A stretch of DNA of 63,443 nucleotides, counting the filler, from Folioceros fuciformis (lineage: Eukaryota): the NCBI GenBank assembly GCA_049999805.1. It is 5 parts of 5 records of this genome, joined end to end, with 100 filler letters (N's around TTAATTAATTAA, not from the genome) between each part and the next. Parts side by side here need not be neighbours in the genome. Positions count along the whole stretch, not along the records: positions 18,150 to 45,159 come from JBNGIO010004006.1; 4 more parts are not named here. One strand, written 5' to 3'. The notes under the pieces are model-generated. The model was not told the origin of the DNA, made no database searches, and saw only the letters and a list, made by a program, of their open reading frames with translations. Below are positions 24,901 through 35,214 of this stretch, in pieces; position 1 is the first letter of the stretch, and every line of letters starts with the position of its first letter. A program made the position numbers and the translations under genes.

Positions 24901-26669
24901 AGCCAGACCCTCAACTACCCCCCTATGCTATGGGTGTGAAGCTTACCAGTCTCTAGTGCCCCCAATCTCAGGAAGAAGTCGAGGACATGAAAGGTGTCCC
25001 CTACAAGCATGCAGTCGGCAGCCTGATCTTCTTAGCCAACTGGACAAGGCCAGATATCCAGTACTCGGTAAGTACAGTATCTCAGTTCTTGGAAAATCCA
25101 GGAACAGCCCACTGGGCCGCTGTCAAGCGTATTTTCCGCTATCTCAAAGGAACCCACAAGTATGGTCTTTTCTATTGAAGGACTGGACAACTGAAACTTA
25201 CCCTTAGGGGATTCACAGATGCTGACTGGGCATCGGACAGTGATTCTAGGAAAAGCCTTTCCTCATATTGCTTCCTGTTGACATCTGCTGTCGTGAGCTG
25301 GTCGTGTAAGAAGCAATCTTCTATAGCCCTGTCATCCACAGAAGCAGAATACAAATCATTGATAGATGCTTCAAAGGAGGCTGAATGGAAAAGGACTTTC
25401 CTCCATGATCTTGACCAGACCCAGCACACCAACCCCTATCATGTGTGATAACATATAAGCTTTAGCCCTTGTTGCCAACCCACGTTTCCTGGCCCGCACT
25501 AAACACATAGAAATACAACATCACTATGTTAGAGACGTGGTGGAGCGCGGGGTTGTGAAAGTAGGTTATGTGCATACAAATTCTAGTGTCGCAAATGTGC
25601 TAACAAAAGGATTGGCAAAGCACAAACACTACCAGCACCTTGTAGGGCTAGGCCTGGATGATTACACAAAATACTTTGGATGACTTATCTGGGGTTGTGG
25701 GGGTGGGGCGGGAACTTGAAGGTTCCTTAGGAATTGGTGTTGTGCCTTCGGTCTTCTTCGAAGGCGCATAGGAGCTACAAACGCCACACAAATTTCCTGT
25801 CCCTGCAACAACAGAGGGAGATGGATAGCCTTGCAAAGGAGGATGAAGCTAACCTTAAGACCTAATCTCCTAGCAATGCGATGCCTCTCCTATGAAGCAG
25901 GTTTCTCCTCTTGCTCTCGTCACCGGGCGGCGGTACCCTGTCACCAGCCAACATAAGCTCAAGCTCCGTTATCCTCTCCATGGCAGCTTTGAGCTTTGCA
26001 GCGAGGACTGGGGCCGCATACAGAGAGTAGTGCATCCTTGCTGGACGCTTTGGTTCTCATGTCCTCTCTACCCTCCTAGTTCCTGAAAAGGGCCCATGGT
26101 TGGAGACGGCGAAGCTGTTGATACTGGCCGCCAATTGTTCCAGTGTGGAACATAGCGTCCCTGACGGTGACTTCGAATCAGCAGCCGCATCTCCCGCGTG
26201 GATGCTCCTCCCCCTTTGCCTTCTCTAATATGTTAAGGGGCATTCGTAGCTCGCTCCCCCTCGCGTCTTCATGCCTCCAGCTGCCTGCGCAAAGTGATGT
26301 CCCAAGACGACGGGGCAAGCAAGGTCGAAAATAGAGATTGTGAGGGCAATGCTTCAGGAAATGTTTGCGGCGGCGAGAGACCAAGGCTGACCCAAGAGCA
26401 CCAATACAGTGATAGCGCAAAATCGAGCGTAACGAATTCGCAATGGTGTGAACATGTTTAGTCTAACTAAGCCTACCTTTAAAGGGAGTGTTAAATATGA
26501 AAGGATAAGGCTAGTTAGGGTGAGAAGTATGAACCGACACCTAGAGTCACATATATAGTGATCCAAATGTGAACTTCTTTTTAATGTTCTGTTTACAATG
26601 CAATTTATCTTTTCCGCTCCTTGCAAAATAAACACAATGGCCTAAAACTTTGTGTACAAATAGGTTACA
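21919..26669 (+). mobile_element. Ty1/copia element D (gag 3' part to 3' LTR, decayed), inserted into the MULE-like pseudogene
   Basis: CNWCGAAGH knuckle, WFLDSEATAH, LRSDNGTEF, LYVDD and TDADWASD. PPT AAAGGGAG is followed by an LTR 26489-26669 (TGTTAA...TTACA). Confidence 0.88.
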
Positions 26670-28105
26670 GCAGCTCATCCTTCTTGTATGTTGCTGTTAG
26701 CATACATAATATCTGAGAAAGCCTTATATAGTCGTTTCCTCACTTCTGCATCACGTACCTTTTGCAAAAGATGTATATGCTAGCATCTGCGAATGTGCCA
26801 CAAACATAAATACACGGGCATACTCTAGCCAAAGGCTATTCAAATAGCATTTATTTCAGCTTAGCAATCATCAACAAGAAAGGAGGAAGGAGTCCATGTA
26901 GGGTGCTTCGATAACATGCAGATTCGAAGTGCATGTAACCACTTTACTATCTCTTCACTAGCTCTTGAGTCTGTGAGTACCCAAGCAACGGGAATTCCAT
27001 TGAAATGATCATCGAAAACTAAGATGGAAAAAAGTTGTTTCTGCAAAATGAAGAGAACATCAAAGTTAACAAGCTTCTACATTATGACTCTAAACTTAGA
27101 TATCACATGCCATGTACTCACTTTCCATTTGTTGGTCCCAAAGCTTACATCCATAGACTATACATTATTTGTCTTCCATTTGATAAGCATCTCCTCTTGG
27201 AAAGGTGTCTATATCCCTAAGGAAAAAATAGGATGTTCTCCTAAGAAGTGAGATACAATGTCCTTGTGCATAACAATCCACAAACGGACACTATCCTCAT
27301 CACGAGCAGCCAAGGCATAGAAGTGAGCACATGGTTCTCTTGCAATATTGTCAACATCCTTTCCAGAAACACAATCTTCTCGTGAAGGAGTGAGTGTAGC
27401 TGATTTGCTGCCCATGAATCGAATAGCCATCACCTTTCATAGTCTGTAAGAATTTGGGCTCATGGAACCTTGCGAAACACCCTATGCTTCACCCAATTCC
27501 AAATATGCTTCCATAGGTGAGGAGACAAGTGAGTTGGGTTCTCATATGGTCGATTGTGACAAAATTGGCCATTACTATCCACGTAAGAGCCCACAAAAAC
27601 CTTAATCTCAGCAACATTAGGCCACACCAAGAGCTGTCGTACCTCAAAATTATATTAGCAGCCCCTTTTGATGGTGTCCCCATATTTCACCTTTGACCGT
27701 CTGCTGCCCATGCCAGTCTTTGGTTTGTTGGTGAGCTTTGTAAACACTTCTATCCCTGTTAGACGCTTGTCTTGGAGGCCATGTGCACAAAAATGCTTAT
27801 GCAAGCTCACATAATAGTGGTGACGCGTGTGTTGGGCACGACAAAATAGCGCTGATCTGTTCACAAGGGTGTGAGGAGTGTGACGTTGAATGTGCAAATT
27901 TGTTAGAAAGCCTTCCAAGGTTTCCTCCCCTTTCACAAAATCAGCAACTCTCTCACAAGGAATGAAAGCAACTCGCACATTCCTACAACGACTACCATAT
28001 CTCTGCAACTCAAGCATCCATGTGAGTTCTTATTGTGTGAGGGGCCCAACTGAGGTTGTGAGAGTGCCTAAATGGTAGGCCAGGGAATTGTTTGAGAGGA
28101 TGCCA
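26670..28105 (-). pseudogene. Decayed MULE-transposase-related (SWIM-finger family) gene
   Basis: Blocks IPCERVADFVKGE, IKRGC, DEDSVRLW, FSLGI*TPFQ..SMDVSFGTNK, an intron, LFSILVFDDHFNGIPVAW..FLVDD and LCLWHIRR (CxxH) match the plant MULE-domain/SWIM family. Multiple stops. Confidence 0.75.
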
Positions 28106-28107
28106 TA

Positions 28108-28597
28108 TTAGAACTGCAGAACACAGGAACAAGCAATATAAGTAAATGGCATGCAAGGGTCAAAGATGAGTGCGAGGAAATGTGGAGGGGGAGAATTCTT
28201 GATTGCAGGCGCACCTTGAATTCTCTACCATTCTAAGGAAGTGGAATTTCATGCAAAATTCCACTGCAAACAAATCAACAAGTATTCAGGTGCTTTCCAT
28301 GGGCACGTTTCCATCTTCAGCACACACTTGCTCTTTGAATAACTCTCATGCCACAATAGAACTATAGAACATAGGAACATGCAATACAAGTGAGTGGCAT
28401 GCAAGGGTCAAAGATGAGTGCGATAAAATGTAGAGGGGGAGAATTCATGGATTGCAGGAGCACCTTAAATTCGAGGCCATTCTCAGGAAGTGGAATTTCA
28501 TGTAGAATTCCACTACAAACACATCAACAAGTATTCAGGTGCTTTTCATTAGCACGCTTTCTATCTTCAGCACACACCTACTCTTTGAATAGCTCTC
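28108..28597. repeat. Diverged tandem duplication, period ~249 bp
   Basis: GGCATGCAAGGGTCAAAGATGAGTGCGA...TCTTCAGCACACAC..CTCTTTGAATA occurs twice. Confidence 0.88.
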
Positions 28598-29083
28598 CAA
28601 TGAGTCTCCATGCTGTGCATCCTTATTCAATTTCACTATTTGCTCTCATTTGTAAATGCTCCATGCATTCCTCAATATCCATTTAGCAGGTATATTATCG
28701 TTTGTCGTGAGAACATGTTCAACTGCTCATGATCACGTTCAATTAACTTAGGGCAGGGTTCATTCTAGGTGCCATTAACTTAGGGCACGTTTCTGTATTC
28801 CGTATAAGTCATTACAAATTGGTGACCTATATGAGAGAAATTAACAGGTTCCCGGTGACTTGTACCCATTTGCGCCTCCTTTGTCCAACCGCACGACTTT
28901 TGTTAGCTCATTAAAACTTGAAGTATTTAGGAAGGGGGATGGAAGCATATGATGTATGGATGTAATGATGACCGCGTGGGAGGCTCCCAAGATCTTTTTG
29001 GTATAACCTCGGTCATTATGCAAATGCCTCGACATCGCATGCTGTTTATGGATGTCATGATGGCCGCATAGGCAGTACCCAAC

Positions 29084-29202
29084 GTCTACTTTGGTATAAG
29101 CTTAGTCAATATTCCTACACATCGTCTATTTTGGTATAACCTCAGTCAATATTCCTACACATTGTCTATTTCGGTATAAACTCAATTAATGTTCCTACAC
29201 AT
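29084..29202. repeat. Three ~40-bp tandem units
   Basis: GTCTATTTTGGTATAACCTCAGTCAATATTCCTACACAT-like unit x3. Confidence 0.8.
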
Positions 29203-30979
29203 GGCATGCCATTTATGGCTGTGCAAATGATTACTTCCATAGATGAGGCATGGAGTCCACATTAGCTACCAAGTCACATTCCAAAGCAAACATGTTACAA
29301 AAATTCTTTAATCGTAAAGCATTGGGAGACATCATTCCACTCCATTATGGTGTCTCTAATTGCATAATTCAATGATTTCATTTTGGTGTCTCTAATAGCA
29401 TCAATCCATTCTAGTGTCTCTAATATAGTTATTGAAAGCTTGCACTACATTCTAGACAATGCATGCAAGAATATCAAGTTTGTTGTAAGGGCAATGGCGA
29501 GGGCAAGGGTCCTCAAAGGACAAGGACATTGAACTCAAACACCACTTCATAAGTTTAGTTTAGGTTAGGTTAGGTTAGGTTAGCTCAACTTAGGGAGAAG
29601 GTGATATCAAAGGAAGTAAAGCTAGATTGAGTATTGTCCAATAGAAGATATGCCAACAAATATTTTCACTAAAGGGTTGGGTTGAGTCTAGATAGGACAG
29701 AAGGCATTCTAGGATTGCTAGGTTTAGTGAAATGCTTGGCTTGGCCTAGCTTGATGGATTATTTTTGATATATTGAGTGAGAGTGTTAGAAGTGGTTTAA
29801 TACAAGTGTACCAAGATACTTAAGTTGTGAAGAGTGTCATAAGTAAAGTAAAGTGGATTGTGTGAAGAGTACCAAAAAAAATGGTTTTCTATATGTTATC
29901 CTTTCTTCAGTAAATTACACAAAGGATAACCTAAAAATAGATTCTTTTGGTAGGTTGTAAAGGAACATTTGTGTAGAAGGTTCAAAAGAGTGTGCTGGAA
30001 GGCAAGTGAAGATAGAATTATCAAGAGTGTCGTGTCATGATGAAGTACATAGATAGATATATGATGTATGTGCATACGTGTTGTACTAAGGGTACTCTAG
30101 AAATAGTTTGTCTGCTTTGAATATGTTATGCAGATTGTCCCATAAAAAGTGCTGTCAAATAGATTATGTGACCAATACTCTAAACATAGCTTTTCTTATA
30201 TGTATATACATGCTCATTCTAGAGAGAGAATATCCTAAAGTATTTTATGCTCTAGAGAGATAGACTTCTCCAAGGTATTATAGATCACCTAAAAATAGAT
30301 TCTTTTGGTGGATTGTAAAGGAACATTGGGGGGAGAAAGTCTTATCTACTCTAATCTTTAGAGTAGATGGGATTTTCATCTTTTTTTTTCAATATTAAAA
30401 AAATCCTTATAGATTACAAAAGAAGGCTATCCTTGAAATAGATAATAAAAAATACTTTTCTTATAAATTACAGGGCGGTTATCTAGAAATAGATTTTGTG
30501 TATAGTGTTCTTAAGTAGATTATATGAAAGATATCCTAAGAACAACTTGGAGTCTACAACTTGAAAAACAAGCACAATGACAAAGTTGAAGATGTCCTAG
30601 TTTACAAGTGAGAATCTTGGACACTATTGCAGGATAGAATTTTTAAGGCAAGACTTAGGATTGAAGGCTTGACAACTGAGAATCAGTCAGCAGTTTTGAA
30701 TCGATTGAAAGACAAAATATACAAAGCAATTGAAAGAAAGATTATACAAAGCAAGGCTTGGGATTGAAGGCTTGTCCGGTTGAGAACCGGTCAGCCAGCT
30801 TAGCGTGCGTTTATTATGTTATGTTCTGTCAGAGTTGCTACATATAGTGTGTGTATGTGTGCGTGTATATGAGTGTGTGTGTGTGTGTGTATGTGTGTTG
30901 AAGTGTTACATCTTGTGCCGGCCCAAGAGGAGAGTGTTGCTCAGCTATGCGGGGTATCACAGGAGAGTGTTGCTCAGCT

Positions 30980-31831
30980 ATGCGGGGTATCACCAACCGT
31001 ATCGGTCTCACGCATTACATCGATGAGCAGGATGTCACGCCGGGCCTTCACATCTATGTATACCGCACACTCCACGCCTACTCGCACCACGGTGAGTTCG
31101 CCACACTTTCCACCTCCAGCTCAAGCTTTAGCTCCACGGCCTCCTGCCCTGCCTTGGCCAGTTTGGGAAGAATTAGCTAGCCGACAACTCATGTGATTCA
31201 TGTTTGTATACGACTTGATCGGTGTGGTATGGCTGACAGGAATTGCTGGTGGCTACGAGTCCGACCCGGAGCGCACCCTCTGGGTCTCTACCATTTCCGG
31301 GGCGACGTCCAAGAGTTCTGCAGCAGGCCGTGTCCAAAACGGCAGGACGGCCAAAGCTGCGGCCGGTTCATCAGCAACCGGAGATACCCCGACAGCGCCG
31401 TCGTTCGATCTTGCGTTCAATGCTTCAGCAAGGGCCACAGCCTGCACCTTCACCACTACGGCGTAGCCATAGACGACTACGACAGCAGGCGCAAAGGTAA
31501 CGAACGCCCTTTGCATCCACAGCACTCCCTTCGCATCCGAAGCTCCCTGGCCTAAGCCAAAATGTCCTACCCTGGCAGGCCCTCCCCTCCCCTGCCCTTC
31601 CCTGTCCTTGTAACGTTCTGCCGCACTGCAGGCTCTTGCCACATGGGACCTTGTGGTGACGTACAGAGCGTCCTCCAACGAGCTGAAACTGCGTTCCTCG
31701 GTGGCTTCGGCGAGTACAAACTGTTGGGGAAAAACTGCGAGCAGTTTGCCCTCTATTGCTCCACAGGCGAGATGCTCCCAAGCAAGCAGGTCGAGGCGAT
31801 AGAGAGCGTGGCGCTCAAATTTCATGGGTAG
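30980..31831 (+). pseudogene. LRAT/NC-domain (permuted NlpC/P60) gene with an apparent 2-bp frameshift; exons 30980-31091, 31240-31496, 31632-31831
   Basis: PGLHIYVYRTLHAYSHHG, YHF, SCVQCF..HYGV and GFGEYKLLGKNCEQFALYCSTG (NCExF), with GT-AG introns. An extra TC at 31287-31288 shifts the frame. An in-frame 33-bp duplication (30928-30993) covers the ATG. Confidence 0.8.
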
Positions 31832-32343
31832 TAGTTACCAACGCCTCACCTCTTCCCCTGCTCTCTCACCTGCTCACACATTTGTCTGCAAAGGACACCT
31901 CCTCGTGGACGTGTACATCCTCAGCTTCAGCTTCAGCTTCATCCTCGTCCTCATCCTTATCCTGTGATGAGAACCCAACCCAAACTTTGTTCCTGTCCTG
32001 GACCAACCAATGCTGCCGCTCCCAGGGGTGCGTCCAGGGGGCTGCACTTCTCAACACTCAAACCACTGGTGCCTTCAGAGTGTTTCACAATCTATTTCTT
32101 GTGTTTAATGCGAGTTTCGTGAACTGGATCCATTCATCCATGCTTGCCCAAGTGTTAGGTTCAAGTGAGCATGATTGGGCCACAATGTCCACGCCCGCAT
32201 TCCATTCCTTCTTCTGTCTGTCTGTCCGTCCGTCTCCAATTTCGGAAACTAGTACTGTACTACCGCCGTGAGCTGCATAACAATCCACACACTGGTACCA
32301 CCGGGTGGCCCTTGCATGATGTTCAACCAACCACCCCCAAAAC

Positions 32344-34995
32344 TCAAGCTTTTAGCCTCTCGTCACCAACCACAAAACTATGCACCCGTTCATCCTCGTC
32401 CGTCCACCAGCTCTGCCCCGGCTGCTTCCATGCTCGGATTCTCTTCCTCCTCGCCTGCATCTCCCGTGCCAGCTCCCACATCTGAGCACCTGTGTACATA
32501 TTGGACATGAGAACGTATGCCGTGGAGTCTTTCTTGTCCAGCTTCACCGCTTCGCTGAAGGCCAGGAGTCCGACCTCCATGCACCTCCACTTCCGGCATG
32601 CTCCCAGCAGAGTGTGCCAAATTGCAGCATTAGGCACCAAAGGCATCCCCCTTACCAAAGCTAGTGCCTCATCCAATTGTCCTGCACGGCCCAGCAGATC
32701 CACCATGCATGTGTAGTGGTCCAGAGTGGGAGTGATGCCGTAGTGTCTACTCATAGCCTCGAAGTACTCCCACCCCTCATTCACAAGACCCACGTGGCTA
32801 CATACTGTGAGCACACTGAGGAAGGTGATGCCGTCTGGCCATGTCCCTTCCTCTCTCATTCTCCGGACCAACTCGAACACCACTTCACTCTCTCCTCGCC
32901 AGGAGTAGCCTGCAATGAGTGAAGTCCACACCACAATGTCCCTTGGGTCTGATGTATCAAACACCCGCTGCGCATCTGCCATGCTCCCACACTTTCCATA
33001 CATGTTGATCAAACTGGCAGCCACACCCACATCACCTTCCAGTCCTTGCTCTACAATCTGCCCATGAAGCTGCCTTCCCAGGGACAGGGCTGCCACATGC
33101 GCGCATGCCTGCAAAAGGCACACAAAAGTCACGCAATCGGCCACGGCCATACCTTCTTGTTGCATGGCTTTGTACAGAGCGAGGGCTTCCTGCGCCAGTC
33201 CCTCCTGGCTATACCCTGCTATCAACGCAGTCCACGTCACCACGTTTTTCCGACCGAGGCCATCGAACAGCCTCCGAGCGTCTTCCAAGCTCCCACACTT
33301 TGCATACATGTTCACCAAACCACTGGCTACAAACACATCAGCTTCATGTCCGCCTTTTCTCACCTGCGTGTGTAGCTGCTTCCCCGTCTCCAAGGCCGCA
33401 CACCCCACACTCGCACAAGCCTGCAGGAGGCAAACAAATGTCACAACATTGGCTACAGCCGTGCCCTCTTCTTGCATAGCACAGTACAGGCCAAGAGCTT
33501 TCTGGCCCATGCCATGCTGGGAATACCCCGCCATTAAAGCGTTCCATGTCCCTACGCCTTTCTCACCAAGCGTGTCAAACACTCTCTGGGCTTCCTCCAA
33601 ACTGCCGCACTTTGCATACATGTTCACCAAACTGCTGGCCACATATGCTTCAGCTCCATATCCTGCTTCTCTAATTTGGGCGTGGAGTTGCTTCCCCTCG
33701 ACTAAAGCTGCAGGCCCCACACTTGCACATGCCTGCAGGAGGCACACAAACGTCACAGAGTCGGGTGCGACCATGCCCTCATCTTGCATGGCTGTGTACA
33801 GGCCGAGCGCTTTCTCACCCATGCCGTGCTGGGAATAGCCCCCTATCATGGCATTCCATACCACCACATTCTTCTCTTTCAGTCCGTTGAACACGTCCAG
33901 CGCATCCTCCAAGCTGCCACACTTTGCGTACATGTCCACCAAGCCACTGCAAACGAACAGGTCAGGCTCCACCCCACTTGCTAACACATCAGCATGAACC
34001 TGCTGCCCTGTTTTCAAGTCTAATGCCCTTGCACAAGCCTGAAGGGCGGCCACAAACACGTGCCCATCTGGCTTCACACCGGTCCTGCGCATCCGATGAT
34101 AGAGTTGCATGGCCTGCCTGTCATGGCCTTGTCTAACGTTGGCAGAGATTATGGCAGACCACGTGAAGGCATCCGGTCTGCCAACATTCTCAAACACATC
34201 CATCGCCTCTTGCAACCTGCCATGACAAGCATACATACGAAGCATGTGGAAGCCCAGGAACGTGTCTGACTGGTACCCCATCTTCACCGTGCAAGCCTGC
34301 ACGCGGGTACCCAGCGCAAGGTCTCTCCTCGCCGCACATTTCTTCAGGACTGTGTAAATGAGGGCCTTGGGAACACAGCCATCTCCTGTCACCACCAGAG
34401 ATTCCAACGCCGCCACAGCCTCTGTGACATGACCTTCCATACAAAACTGGCGCACCCTTTCTGCAATCAAATGCCTATCGTCCCCTGCAGGCCTGCTAGC
34501 GCCAGGGGGCCCTAGTATCTGCCTCCGTTCCACACCCACAATGTCCAGAGCAGCAAGCTGCGCATCCACCCAAGCTGGTTTGCGCAGGTTGTTCAACCAG
34601 AGGACCTCCTGGGACTTCCTGTGCCGGAAGTCAGGTGCTCCAAGGCTCTTCTTGCTTACCCTATTATCCCACCAACGTGTTGGGTCCCGGAAAAACTCTC
34701 GCCACAACTTCTTCTGCTGGTGGTCCACCAGACATCCCCATACATGGACTGGCTTTCTCGTTTCGTAGGGGATGCACCTCTCAGATTGCCTGTGCACCAA
34801 GCGTTGCTTCCCAGAGTTCGCGAGCAGAGCGGCAGCTCTAGCTCTGCCTGTACTACCCCTTGTCAACCCGCCATTTTGAGGACACCATGAAAACTGTCCT
34901 CTCAATACGCCCTCTTGCCCATTGCATGACTCGCACACAACCATCGGTGCTATCTGTAGCTCTGACTTCACAGAGTGGGAAAACGCCACGCCCAC
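32344..34995 (-). CDS. PLS-class PPR protein with N-terminal OSB-type PDF motif and E domain, truncated after a WW-type PG box
   Basis: 883-aa ORF with repeated MYAKCGSLEDA/WNAMI/VTFVCLLQAC motifs and C-terminal KQPGQSWWTD..VHSFVVGD. First ATG is at 34944; the true start is uncertain. Confidence 0.93.
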   Translation of the reverse strand: MGVAFSHSVKSELQIAPMVVCESCNGQEGVLRGQFSWCPQNGGLTRGSTGRARAAALLANSGKQRLVHRQSERCIPYETRKPVHVWGCLVDHQQKKLWREFFRDPTRWWDNRVSKKSLGAPDFRHRKSQEVLWLNNLRKPAWVDAQLAALDIVGVERRQILGPPGASRPAGDDRHLIAERVRQFCMEGHVTEAVAALESLVVTGDGCVPKALIYTVLKKCAARRDLALGTRVQACTVKMGYQSDTFLGFHMLRMYACHGRLQEAMDVFENVGRPDAFTWSAIISANVRQGHDRQAMQLYHRMRRTGVKPDGHVFVAALQACARALDLKTGQQVHADVLASGVEPDLFVCSGLVDMYAKCGSLEDALDVFNGLKEKNVVVWNAMIGGYSQHGMGEKALGLYTAMQDEGMVAPDSVTFVCLLQACASVGPAALVEGKQLHAQIREAGYGAEAYVASSLVNMYAKCGSLEEAQRVFDTLGEKGVGTWNALMAGYSQHGMGQKALGLYCAMQEEGTAVANVVTFVCLLQACASVGCAALETGKQLHTQVRKGGHEADVFVASGLVNMYAKCGSLEDARRLFDGLGRKNVVTWTALIAGYSQEGLAQEALALYKAMQQEGMAVADCVTFVCLLQACAHVAALSLGRQLHGQIVEQGLEGDVGVAASLINMYGKCGSMADAQRVFDTSDPRDIVVWTSLIAGYSWRGESEVVFELVRRMREEGTWPDGITFLSVLTVCSHVGLVNEGWEYFEAMSRHYGITPTLDHYTCMVDLLGRAGQLDEALALVRGMPLVPNAAIWHTLLGACRKWRCMEVGLLAFSEAVKLDKKDSTAYVLMSNMYTGAQMWELAREMQARRKRIRAWKQPGQSWWTDEDERVHSFVVGDERLKA

Positions 34996-35214
34996 ACCTT
35001 CCTTCCTACTATCTCATGTGTGCCAATGCCAGAATGTTTGGGCGGTGCGGGTGTCTACCTTCGCCTGTCGCTTGCCACGAGATTGCAAGCTTCCACTTTT
35101 CGGCTGTGCATTGATGAAGACCCACAGAGACGCGGCCATTGCCAGGCCACCTCGCGACGGGCCGACGGCACACGACACATGTACACGTACGTGTACATTG
35201 CACGTTGACTACCG

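Noticed and set aside
32041-32343. Frameshifted DYW domain after the first PPR gene
   Set aside because: No HxE(K/R)LA or CxxCH motif was seen in the minus-strand frames downstream of the stop.
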